From: Anthoceros angustus
Taxonomy: Eukaryota > Plantae > Anthocerotophyta
Length of the DNA: 64,000 bases
Assembly: GCA_010909165.1 (NCBI GenBank)
Contig: MU008164.1
Location: forward strand, 496,001-560,000
Direction: 5' to 3'
The notes beneath the pieces are model-generated. The model made no database searches, was not told the DNA's origin, and worked only from the letters and a program-made list of their open reading frames with translations. Positions within the stretch are counted from its first letter, which is position 1; the number at the start of each line of letters is the position of its first letter. The translations under genes and the position numbers were made by a program. Shown here piece by piece: positions 13,232 to 25,600 of this stretch.

Positions 13232-15610
13232 TGCCGGGCCCAGCAAAGATGATGGCGTGCATTCGGGAGAAGAGTAGAATACCCTTTGAATGTTGGCTCA
13301 TCTTCAGCGGGCAAGTGGTGAGCGTATGGTTCAGGCTCATTTTCTATGTTTTGGAGTGTAGATTTGCAAGCCAGTGGACATATTTTTTGAAAGCGTCTTG
13401 GTCTATCATAGGATTTTGTTTGCGGCTGTCCTGTGTGAGTCGGTACAGACTTGAAATACATCATACTTACCAAAGTTCAAGCCTTTTTCCATTAAATGCT
13501 TAAGGTCAATTGGGGAGGGTGCAGGTGGGCCTGCGCCCTGCATTGCGGGATGTAGTCAGGTGGGATAAAATGAGCCTTGCATGCATGTTTCCCCAGACGA
13601 TATGTCAATGAAAACTAGTTTCCGCGTACGATTTCTCTTTAATCTACTGCATTCAGTGGGATCGGATCACATGAATATATTTGCGGGCACAATTGAGGGT
13701 GTGCTGAGGCCCCTCCCAAACCCCAAAGACCCTTTCCAAATGGGTCCCAATATATGCTTGCAAGTTTACGACAGTCGCGATGCTTCATTGCCAGGCGGGT
13801 AGAAGAGTGCTGGCTAGCTGGCGCCCTTTCCCTTAGACCTACAATGTTCCCCGAACCTCAGGGGTACAAGCAGCCAACATAATCTCATCACCATGACTTT
13901 TAGGGTTCTCCACGGTTGCAGCATGAGAATGACGTTGCTATTACCATGACTTGCCTATGTTGCGCTGTTGCATAGTCATCTTTTTGTAGGGTGACAGGCA
14001 GCAATGGTCCTTGTCCATGGGTCTAAAATGCACCCAAAATAAAGTATAGTCTTCAACCATTACCCTTCCCTGGCATGATATGGACATTCAAGCAGTGTCT
14101 GACGCGAATTGTCACCCTTATTTTCAGCCTTTTTTTCACCCATACCCCAAAAAAAACAAATTCAAGACCCATCTCAAATGCCCTTGGGGATATAAAAGGC
14201 ACAAAACCCCCATGCTGAATATTAACCCCCTTACATAAATATGGCGTTATGGCATGAGACATTGCTTATTAAAAATACGATCACATGGAAACATTTCCAT
14301 AATCTCTTCCTCTCTCTTAATGTCTTAAGCACAAATGGTACAATATCGTACACAGTCTCATCAATATCGACTCAATCTCATCACTATGGTGCTGGGTTGC
14401 TACCACATTTGTTTCTTCAGTTGGACCATTAATATTCACCATATTTTCTTCTTGAGTTGGACCATTAACATCCATCTGATCAAAGTTCACCTAGCTACTT
14501 AGGTATACATATAATTTTCTTATTCTGAACACTGAGCTTGGGAGAGAATTGTCTCCCTCTACTTGGATGTTACGATATGAAAACATAGGGGAATCAGAAC
14601 CCTTGCTAAAAGATTTCTCCCTCTGGTTCTTCTGATTTATTCTCAGAATATACTAAATTGAAAAAAAAACTAAGGTGTACATGAACTTCCTCCAATGTAA
14701 AAAAATTATTATATATATGTTTTACACCTATATAAAACTGCAAAGCTAAGCTATATATTTATACTAGAACATCCTCTAATGCCGATGAACGATTGCTACG
14801 CACATCTTTTACAGTTTGATCTTAGCTGCTCAACGCTCTCTCCATGGTGCCCATGGCAAAGAGCTGATAATTCAGCCATCCCTCCAGGCGCCATCAGATC
14901 TTGTCCTCGAGTTGCAGTTCACATGATTTAGGTGGTAAAGGTCCCGCCCTGCAACCAGAAGGAGGATGCATAATAGCAGATTTATTGAAAATTGCGAAGT
15001 TCTATTGGGGCTGATGATTGTTGCAACCTTGGGGAAGTGACCTATTGACATTACTGAAGTAGAACTCGCTGCACATCAGGTATCTCTGAGACGGACCAAC
15101 CCCAAATGAGTCCGTAGTATCCTTCAATGTTTCTTCTGGACAAGTCCTGCCATCGTAAGAAGGAGTGGCAGTGCTAATACTCACCTGCCACATGCGTGAG
15201 AAGCAGCCGTAACGCATGTATGAGCAATGAGGTAGACGGTTTCCCCATTCCACGTAGCAAAACAATGAGGCTTGTGAACAAACACGAAACGCCTTTGCTA
15301 GTATTCCGTACTCAAGAAATTGGCCGTGGCAACGGGAGCGCGCGTGCAAAGGTGAATTCTAAGCAGGCGGGTAATGTATGAGCAGTAGGCTTCAGTGCTG
15401 TCCCCCATTAATAAGCAGCAAAACCGGAGAGGAGAAAGCCTCAGTTGAAGACTCCCATGCTCATCTATAGGCAGGACCGCTTTCATGGGAGCCTTTCTAT
15501 ATGTCCTTTGTTTGAGATGCTTCCTCCAAGCCCACACCAGAACGGCCCAACATAGATGAACATTAGGTCCTCACTTACACAGCGAGTTGGAATGCGAGTG
15601 ACGACAGCCC

Positions 15611-15853
15611 GTGTGGTTGATCTTGGTGCTCTGCGCGGGCCCTGAGTTTGCAGCTGTGTCTCGGCTAGATTTCTCAGGATGGTCCTTGCAAATTGAACTC
15701 GATTGGAACATATTGAGCTCACTGGGAAGTCTGAGGGAGTTGGATGTTTCATCAAACGCATCTCGAACGATTTTCAGGGGGCTTCGCAACAACCTTTTCA
15801 CGATTTCAGATCGATCCCAATTCTTCAAATATCTACTCCGAGAGCAAGCATAA
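15611..15853 (+). pseudogene. LRR receptor ectodomain N-terminal fragment, diverged paralogue of the sequence at ~18320-18530
   Basis: Translation VSRLDFSGWSLQIELDWNILSSLGSLRELDVSSN fits LxxLxxLDLSxN. DNA is similar to CCTGAGTTTGCAGCTGGG...GGATTTCTCAGGCTGGTC...TTGGATGTCTCATAAACG at 18318-18460. Confidence 0.55.
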
Positions 15854-16401
15854 AGCAGAAGCTGATGGTTTCATTTAGAGCAAAAAGCAAAAAGCAGAAG
15901 ATGATGCCTTCATTACGATATATGCATCGGCAGGTAATCGGGGAACCAAACCCAAGCTTGTCTCGTGAGAGGTCACTCAACTACCACTACCCCACCGATG
16001 CTTTCCAAGCCACTTTTTGAATGCTTTGGTTTATGGATCAATTCAACCTCGCGATAGGCAGCACAGAGCTGCAAGTTGCAACCGGTGCGCGGTCCGAAAC
16101 AGATTCTGTGTTTAATTTGGTATTTTGAAAATAAATGAAACAAACCCGGGGGAGAAATCTTCAGCAAGAGTTCCGATTCCACTAGGTTTTCACATCCTAA
16201 CATCACAACGTCCTGTAAAAAGGACGCCATGGATTCATGCCTAGATACCACCAGCTGCTTAAGTTAAACCCAGTGGCCGGGAACACCCATGTCCGAAATT
16301 CTTGCGATAACCTTAGTAGGATCAGGAAACGTGTGGTGGAGGCACATCCCCCCCTAGTGACCAGAATAGCTAAGCAAGACATGTATAAATGGGATGGCTT
16401 C

Positions 16402-18302
16402 ATCGCCTTCAGCAGGTTGGAGGATATTTGTATGAACCCTCGCTTCTCCTTCAGAGCTGCACCCATGACTGCAGGCCATTGCTTTGGACCTGGCTCACGT
16501 CTTGCAAATCCGAAGAACGTTGTATGCTGTGGATTGTTTCGCATTTACTGTACTGGAAACTTATCCTCCAGGCCTGCATCAGGCCTGGATTGCTGTCCTT
16601 GTTTCATCAGTTGTGTTTTGGGCTTACTACTGAGGGTCCGGCCGCACGGCCAGGTCGTGTCTTCCCTGCACTCACGTATTGGCACGGACTGCTCAAATCG
16701 TCGTTATTTGTGTATAGGCTTGCTTACAGTTGAAGCCCGTAGGAACTGGAAGGGAGTATTTGTAAGGGCATGTATGAGCTAATGGTGGCATGTCCCTAGC
16801 AACATCGTGGGTAGGAGTTTGTACTCATCTCTGTGTGTGTAGCTCCGGAGCAGGCTGACCCCGGAGTGCAGAATCTCACCCTACGATCCAAACAAGGTCA
16901 AACAGATGCCTATTTCCTTCCACAATGGACCTCGATGCTGTGTGGGCTATATTTTCTCGTTAACATCCAATAATTTGTCATCCAGTTAGACATTATTGGA
17001 CATGTACATGGCCTCTGTCTACTATTGGCAAACAAAGAAAACAAGAGAGGAGATCGCCTTGAGTTGGAGGATATTTGTATGAACCCTCGCTTCTCCTTGA
17101 GGCTGCACCCATGACCGCAGCCATTGCTTTGGACTGCTCACGTCTTGCAAATCAAGAACGCGTTGTATCTTGTGGATTGTTTCATTCATCGAAACTTATC
17201 CTCCAGCTGCATCGAGCTGGATTGCTGTCCTTGTTTCATCGTTGTGTTTTGGGCTTACTCGAGGGTCCGGCCGCACGCGGTCGTGTCTTCCACGCACTCA
17301 CGTATTGGCACGCTCAAATCGTCGTTATTTGTGTATAGGCTTGCTTGATTGAAGCCGTAGGAAGGAAGGAGTATTTGTAAGGGCATGTATGAGCTAATGG
17401 TGGCATGTCCCTAGCAACATCGTGGGTAGGAGTTTGTACTCATCTCTGTGTGTAGCTCGGGCGGCTGACCCGGAGTGCGAGAATCTCACCCTACGATCCA
17501 AACAAGGTCAAACAGATGCCTATTTCCTTCCACAATGGACCTCGATGCTGTGTGGGCTATATTTTCTCGTTAACATCCAATAATTTGTCATCCAGTTAGA
17601 CATTATTGGACATGTACATGGCCTCTGTCTACTATTGGCAAACAAAGAAAACAAGAGAGGAGATCGCCTTGAGTTGGAGGATATTTGTATGAACCCTCGC
17701 TTCTCCTTGAGGCTGCACCCATGGCTGAGCCATTGCTTTGGACTGCTCACGTCTTGCAAATCAAGAACGCGTTGTATCTGTGGATTGTTTCATTCATCGA
17801 AACTTATCCTCCAGCTGCATCGAGCTGGATTGCTGTCCTTGTTTCATCGTTGTGTTTTGGGCTTACTCGAGGGTCCGGCCGCACGGCCGGTCGTGTCTTC
17901 CACGCACTCACGTATTGGCGATGCTCAAATCGTCGTTATTTGTGTATAGGCTTGCTTGATTGAAGCCGTAGGAAGGAAGGAGTATTTGTAAGGGCATGTA
18001 TGAGCTAATGGTGGCATGTCCCTAGCAACATCGTGGGTAGGAGTTTGTACTCATCTCTGTGTGTGTAGCTCCGGAGCAGGCTGACCCCGGAGTGCAGAAT
18101 CTCACCCTACAGTCCGAAACAAGGTCCGAAACAGATGCCTATTTCCTTCCACAATGGACCTCGATGCTCGTTGTGTGGGCTATATTTTCTCTCGTTAACA
18201 TCCAATAATTTGTCATCCAGTTAGACATTATTGGACATGTACATGGCCTCTCTGTCTACTATTGGCAAACAGCAAAACAAGAGAGGAGATCGCCTCAGTT
18301 GA
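16402..18302. repeat. Tandem triplication of a ~610-650-bp unit of unknown nature
   Basis: TTGGAGGATATTTGTATGAACCCTCGC recurs at ~16417, ~17064 and ~17674. Junctions fall on an ATCGCCT microhomology. Confidence 0.9.
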
Positions 18303-18319
18303 AGGCTTGTGAATCCCCC

Positions 18320-21300
18320 TGAGTTTGCAGCTGGGTTTAGGCTGGATTTCTCAGGCTGGTCTTAGCAAACTGAACCCGACTGGAAGAAGAAAAAGAAGAA
18401 GTCTAATGAGCATCTGAGCTCCCAAGTCTCGAGGGAGGAATTGGATGTCTCATAAACGGCACCACGATTTTTAGGGAATTCACAACGCTTTTCACGTTTT
18501 CACGAGATCTCAATCAAATGCTCCGAGAGCAAAATCACGAGATAGTGATACTTTTCATTGCAGTGCGCACGGGGAGCCCAACCCGAGTCGATCTTGTGGC
18601 AAGATATACAACTACCACTACACCACCGGTGCCTCCATAACTTATTGCTGAGGATGTGGAAAAAATGCGCTGCCTCATAGCCAATGGCGCAGATCACCAT
18701 GCCACAATGACAGAGTTGCAACGGTAGCCGATCAAAGATATGCCTATTTCTCTTCACAGTGTCTTCTCTTCACAACCGTCTTACAGGGCTCACGGCTTCT
18801 TTCTTCCAGAGTTCCACCCTGAAGGTGGTCAACATTTCCTGGAACTCACTACTGCAAGGACCATTGCCGGATAGCATAGTCTCGGTCCCTCACATACACC
18901 TGTCCAACAACAATTTCTCTGGTCACATACCCTCGCACTTCACTAATGCGACCCACATGGACCTGCCCAACAACTTGTCGGGTCAGATTCCGTCAGGCTT
19001 CACTAGCGTCACTCACTTGGACCTGTCCAACAATTTGCTGTCTGGTGCAATCCCGCCCGATCTTCAGAAATGCCTTGTTTCTAGTAGTTTGCTGGATCTC
19101 TCGCTCGATAACATTACAGGCAACATTCCTTCAGGTTTGCTCACCTAGGGAATTGCTTCACAGGAGATCCGGCTGACTTTTTTCTTCATATTCGTAACTT
19201 CAAAGCTTTTCGGACCCTGGACCTTAGTTCACTTTGTCATCCATGTGGAACATCTTAATTTAGTCGGGCTCTAATGGACTACGACGGGCCCTTGGAGGAA
19301 CTTCACATGGTACCAATCTTTGGGGAACACATTGCTCGAGAGGAGTCGCAATGGGCTGCAAACCACTATCATTGCCCGAGAGTCTTGGACCTTCCATCGT
19401 GCAATTTGATCCCAGATCAGGAAACTCTAGGCATCGACTTCCCAAACTTGACCATCTTTAGTGTCACATAACAACTCCTCGGATCCCATTCCAACGCTAC
19501 GACTCTCTTCAAGTACTCGATATTAGCAACAACAATGTGGGGGCGAGGGAGGAAGGGGAGGGAGGGAGGAGTTTATGGATTTGGCGGTTTTGGTTTATTT
19601 AAACACGTGCAACGATTGAGCATCCCGAGCTCCCGAGTCGAGGGAGGTGGATGTCTCATAAAGCCTTTCCACGATTTTTAGGGAATTCACAACGCGTTTT
19701 CACGTTTTCACAGATCTCAATCAAATGCTCCGAGAGCAAAATGCGAGATAGTGATACTTTTCATTGCAGTGCGCGGCCGAGCCCAACCCGAGTCGATCTT
19801 GTGGCAAGATATACAACTACCACTACACCACCGGTGCCTCCATAACTTATTGCTGAGGATGTGGAAAAATCGCGCCTCATAGCCAATGGCGTGATTCACC
19901 GCGCCACGGTCAGAGTTGCAAGTTGGTAGCGATCCGAAAGATATGCCTATTTCTCTTCACGTGTCTTCTCTTCTGGCCGTCTTCAGGGCTCACGGCTTCT
20001 TTCTTCCGTAGTTCCACCACACGAAGGTGGTCAACATTTCTGGAACTCACTCGGACCATTGCCGGATAGCATAGTCTCGGTCCCTCACATACACCACAAC
20101 AATTTCTGGTCACATACCTCGCACTTCACTAATGCGACCCACATGGACTGTCCAACAACTTGTCGGTCGATTCCGTCGCTTCACTAGCGTCACTCACTTG
20201 GACTGTCCAACAATTTCTTTATCAATTTGCAATCCGATCTTGATATGCCTTGTTTCTAGTAGTTTCTTTGGATCTCTCGCTCGATAACATTACAGCAACA
20301 TTCCTTGGTTTGCTCACCTAGGGAATTGCTTCAGATCCGGCTGACTTTTTCTTCATATTCGTAACTTCAAAGCTTTTCGGACCTGGACCTTAGTTCACTT
20401 TGTCATCCATGTGGAACATCTTAATTTAGTACAGCTCTAATGGACTACACGGGCCCTTGGAGGAACTTCCTGGCGGTACCAATCTTTGGGGAACACATTG
20501 CTCGAGAGGAGTCGCAATGGGCTGCAAACCACTATCATTGCCCGAGAGTCTTGGACCTTCCATCGTGCAATTTGAGGCGGGATCAGGAAACTCTAGGCAT
20601 CGACTTCCCAAACTTGACCATCTTTAGTGTCACATAACAACTCCTCGGATCCCATTCCAACGCTACGACTCTCTTCAAGTACTCGATATTAGCAACAACA
20701 ATGTGGGGGCGAGGGAGGAAGGGGAGGGAGGGAGGAGTTTATGGATTTGGCGGTTTTGGTTTATTTAAACACGTGCAACGATTGAGCATCCCGAGCTCCC
20801 GAGTCGAGGGAGGTGGATGTCTCATAAAGCCTTTCCACGATTTTTAGGGAATTCACAACGCGTTTTCACGTTTTCACAGATCTCAATCAAATGCTCCGAG
20901 AGCAAAATGCGAGATAGTGATACTTTTCATTGCAGTGCGCGGCCGAGCCCAACCCGAGTCGATCTTGTGGCAAGATATACAACTACCACTACACCACCGG
21001 TGCCTCCATAACTTATTGCTGAGGATGTGGAAAAATCGCGCCTCATAGCCAATGGCGTGATTCACCGCGCCACGGTCAGAGTTGCAAGTTGGTAGCGATC
21101 CGAAAGATATGCCTATTTCTCTTCACGTGTCTTCTCTTCTGGCCGTCTTCAGGGCTCACGGCTTCTTTCTTCCGTAGTTCCACCACACGAAGGTGGTCAA
21201 CATTTCTGGAACTCACTCGGACCATTGCCGGATAGCATAGTCTCGGTCCCTCACATACACCACAACAATTTCTGGTCACATACCTCGCACTTCACTAATG

Positions 21301-23700
21301 CGACCCACATGGACTGTCCAACAACTTGTCGGTCGATTCCGTCGCTTCACTAGCGTCACTCACTTGGACTGTCCAACAATTTCTTTATCAATTTGCAATC
21401 CGATCTTGATATGCCTTGTTTCTAGTAGTTTCTTTGGATCTCTCGCTCGATAACATTACAGCAACATTCCTTGGTTTGCTCACCTAGGGAATTGCTTCAG
21501 ATCCGGCTGACTTTTTCTTCATATTCGTAACTTCAAAGCTTTTCGGACCTGGACCTTAGTTCACTTTGTCATCCATGTGGAACATCTTAATTTAGTACAG
21601 CTCTAATGGACTACACGGGCCCTTGGAGGAACTTCCTGGCGGTACCAATCTTTGGGGAACACATTGCTCGAGAGGAGTCGCAATGGGCTGCAAACCACTA
21701 TCATTGCCCGAGAGTCTTGGACCTTCCATCGTGCAATTTGGAGGCGGGATACCGAAACTCTAGGCATCGCTTCCCAAACTTGACCATCTTTAGTGTCACA
21801 TAACAACTCCTCGGATCCCATTCCAACGCTACGACTCTCTTCAAGTACTCGATATTAGCAACAACAATGTGAGGGGAGGGAGGGAGGAGTTTATGGATTT
21901 GGCGGTTTTGGTTTATTTAAACACGTGCAACGATTGACGCATCCAACAACAGACTCACGACTCCATGGAAGGCTTGCTTATAGTCTCAAATTGTCTTGGA
22001 TCTTAATCACAGCAATTTGGAGGAGACTCGCCTTCTTCACGGTTTGCACGAGTTGAGGTACATGAATGTGTCCAACAACGATCAAGTCGGGGCACATCCT
22101 GGTTACATCTATTTACGAACGATCCAAGCTGTTTGCTAACAATTACGAACTTTGCGGTGCTCTTCTTCCGTCCTGTAATTATGGCGAATGGGCGCGGAAT
22201 CAACTGCTTCGTGTGGATGAGATGATCATCCCGATCCATCCTGGTATTTACTACCGAGTTGTTACTATCCATTCGCGATATGGGAGAGAGCACTCAAACA
22301 CAAGCAAAATCAAGCGAGTTAAAATGGAGAGCACTTGTCACCCACATCTCTCTTCAAGAACTCGATATTAGCAACAACAATGTGAGGGGAGGGAGGGAGG
22401 AGTTTATGGATTTGGCGGTTTTGGTTTATTTAAACACGTGCAACGATTGACGCATCCAACAACGGACTCGACTCCATGGAAGGCTTGCTTGCTTATAGTC
22501 TCAAATTGTCTTGGATCTTAATCACGCAATTTGGAGGAACTCGGGCGACTTCACTTGGTTTGCACGAGTTGAGGTACATGAATGTGTCCAACAACGATCG
22601 TCGGCACATCCCGTGGTCTCATTTTAGCGATCCAAGCCTTTGCTAACAATTCGAACTTTATGTGCTCTTCTTCCGTCCACGTAATTATGGCGAATGGGGC
22701 GGAATCCAATCTTTCGTGTGGATGAGATGATCATCACGATCGGTCTTATTGGTATTCTGATCGAGTTGTTACTATCCATTCTCGATATGGGAGAGAGCAC
22801 TCAAACACAAGCAAAATCAAAGCGAGTTACGGAAATGGAGCACTTGTCACCCACATCTCTCTTCGCAAACTTTCGACCAGCTAACTTTACACACACCTCG
22901 GAGATTGGGTGGGCGGCTTTGGCACTCACTTAAGGCAACGATGGCACAATGGTGGCAATCAAAAGGAGCGTGAGGGCTCACATAGATAAGCTGCCGTTTC
23001 TTAATGGCGTGAGAATTTTATCAAGTCAATCAAAAGGAGCAAGCGTGAGGGCTCACCAGATAAGCTGCCGTTTCTTAATGGCGTGAGAATTTTATCGCAA
23101 GTCAATCGTAACAGACTAGTCAAGTTTAGTTGTTGCTTGGAGAAGAAAGTTGCTCTCCTTGTCTTCGAGTTATGTTCCCAAGGGCACCTTACATAAGGGA
23201 AAAGGGGAGGGATACAGTCCAGGCTCACTTGGAGACAACGGCCGGCCTACGGATTGCTCTTCAAACCTTTGAGGCTTTAGAGTATCTACATTTAGCAGCC
23301 CAACGTAGATCTATGTTTCATAGAGATGTTAAGTCTTTAAATTTAAACATTCTTCTAGACCACTACCTAAATGCTAAGGTGGCTCATTTTAGCATTTCAA
23401 AGCTGGGCCCAATGGGCGCTAGTCATGCATCCCTTGTAATCGGGGCACCTTGGCCGGATTACCTTGATCCCGAGTATTATACAAGCTTATAGTTCACAGG
23501 CCAAAGTGATTGATATCTAAAGCTTTAGTGAATGCAGTGTTATTGGAACTTATTTCAGCTAGTTAACTCTCCTGTGATATCTTTTGAAGACATATAATGA
23601 GGCAACGTTAGTGGAATTGGCGTTCTTTGTGAAGAACAAGAGGGATTGGAAACTTTCTTTGTGAAGAACAAGAGGGATTGGGAACCTTTCGTCGATCCTG
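18320..23700 (+). pseudogene. LRR receptor-like kinase pseudogene (LRR ectodomain, TM-like segment, WAK/WAKL-like kinase), internally duplicated and frameshifted
   Basis: LRRs LKVVNISWNSLLQGPLP, HLSNNNFSGHIP, LDLSNNLLSGAIP and LDLSLDNITGNIPSG (18759-19148); LRYMNVSNN..SGHIP and FANNSELCGA. Kinase: EIGxGGFG, VAIKRSK, RILSQVN..LVKLLGCCLE, ALEYLHLAA, HRDVKS, YLDPEYY then TAG. Confidence 0.9.
18405..21945 (+). repeat. Tandem triplication of a 1166-bp LRR-coding segment
   Basis: GATATTAGCAACAACAATGTG at 19519, 20685 and 21851 (spacing 1166). Copies 2 and 3 are nearly base-identical. A further ~510-bp re-duplication ends at ~22350. Confidence 0.9.
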
Positions 23701-24319
23701 TCCTAATAGAAACTTTGAATTCCGCTCTTTGGCATTGAAATCAAGAGACCGACTATCTATGAAGGAGGTATGAAAGAGATGCGCAACTGTTTTATATATA
23801 TGTATATATGCTTTCAAATATTTGTTTTGATCACTTGAGCATCTCCCAATCACAAATATATGGTGATGTTAAGTGCACCATCTCTTTGCAAAGTTCTCGA
23901 TCTTCTAAAGATGAGACAGATCTAGAGGGTAGTCACATGAATGATAGAGCTTCAGAAATGGACTTGTCTTTTGAAGACTTGTGTTTTCTATTAACTTTGA
24001 AACCCACTTCGTTAGTCTTCATAGAAAAATGCCAACTTGAAGACTAATTGCAGCCAGCCAATTAATTTACCCTATCATGACAGATAATCATGAGTAGAAA
24101 AATTATTATTTTCTAAGAAAATGAATCAACCTTCTTCTTTGTAAAACAACAAAGAAATATATATTCATAGTAAACTTTGATATGATCAAAGCACAGCCCT
24201 AATCGTAAAAGTACCCAATCGGAATAACTCACATACTTTTTGTTCCTTACTTTTAATTGGTTTAGTTTCTTTGATAGTAATCCCAACAATGTTTATTCTT
24301 GCATTCGATGTATTGGATA

Positions 24320-25050
24320 TTCCACCCCATCATGTCCCCGATAATTCCACCTCCATAATGTCCACCAATAATTCCACCTCCATCATATCCATCGACTTAG
24401 ATGAGTCATGAACCTCCATCATATCCATTCTATATCGTCCCATTCATCTTCTCTCATTCCATCCTCATGCATACTCATCTTCATCCTCATCCGCATACCC
24501 ATCTTCATCCTCATTTTCATTTTCATTTCCTTCATCTTTATTTTCATTGTCATCCTCATTTTCATTTTCATTTTCACGGTCGTTCTCATTTTCCTTCTCC
24601 TCCTCATCTTCATTTACATTTTCATTTTCATCCTCATCTTCTTGCTTGTCCTCGTCTTCATTTTCCTTTGCATTTTCATCGTTATCTTTCAGCTTCTCGC
24701 ATCTTCATCCGACTCAACTCCTCCGATTGTAAGCCTAGCAAGATCTTCACAACACACATTTATGTAGAAAATAATATCTTCTACCTCCATCGAATCTATT
24801 GGATATTCCACCTCCATCACATCCACCGGGATTCCACCCCTATCATATCCATTGAGAATTGGAGCTCCATCATATCCACTAACCAAATGAGTCTTGAACC
24901 TCCATCATATCCGCAATATGTCGCCCCATTTTGCTATGGGCAAGCTGAGCTCCCAAGTGTGAACTTTTAGTGCGAGACCTCATCCTCATCCTCAATTTTA
25001 TTTTCATTCTCATCTTCATCGGGCTCCTCATCCTCATCTTTCGCTTCAAA
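24320..25050 (-). other. Low-complexity (TCA/TTTTCA)-rich block; minus strand reads as acidic D/E/N repeats and DMMEV-like repeats; present in all 7 full units
   Basis: ORF 35807-36166 reads DVMEVEYPIDSMEVED...DENAKENEDEDKQEDEDENEN. DNA motif TCCACCTCCATCATATCC is repeated. The frame is broken differently in different copies. Confidence 0.7.
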
Positions 25051-25304
25051 TCTTAATTCGACTCATCCTCAAATTCTTCATAATGATGATGGTAAGAAAA
25101 ATGTTGAGGTACTTGATCTTATACCAACTATGGACTCTAGGCTTACAAGAAAAGAAGAAGAAAGTGTTGGGACACAATCGATCCCTTTGGGCTATGGGCT
25201 TCTGGATGTAGGAGGAAGCACTTGTCAAATTGAGCGATTGGTGTGTCCAGTGAGACACTTTTGGATAATTCCATTTTGAGCATACATATATATACAATCA
25301 GATA

Positions 25305-25600
25305 TGGTTTGGTCCTTGGACTTTGGTTTCAAGTTTAAAGACTACGAAAATCAACATTGCATGAATTCAGCAAAGCCAAAGACCAAGGACCAAAAGTTAG
25401 TGTTGTTCCTAAAGTTGCATGAAGCAAAGCCAAAGAGCAAGGACCAAAAGTTGTTCCATAAGTTGAATGATCGAAGCAAACCCAAAGACCAAGGACCAAA
25501 ACTGTTTCTAAAGTTGCATAGAGCAAAGCCAAAGACCAAGGACTCAAAGCTACCGCTAAAGTTACACGAAGCAAACCCAAACACCAAAACCAAAAGCTCC
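25305..25600. repeat. Cluster of AAAGCCAAAGACCAAGGACCAAAA-type short repeats, one inverted; repeated in each array unit
   Basis: About five direct copies at 25371-25595 and an inverted copy TGGTTTGGTCCTTGGACTTTGGTTT at ~25305-25329. Confidence 0.8.

Noticed and set aside
12550-15600. Short ORFs at 12824-13162, 13207-13473 and 15002-15349 as genes
   Set aside because: No recognisable domain and no consistent exon chain. Probably TE or pseudogene debris, left unannotated.
24401-24970. His/Phe-rich, Ile/Phe-rich and Met/Lys-rich ORFs here and in each array unit
   Set aside because: Alternative frames of one low-complexity block; frames differ between copies.
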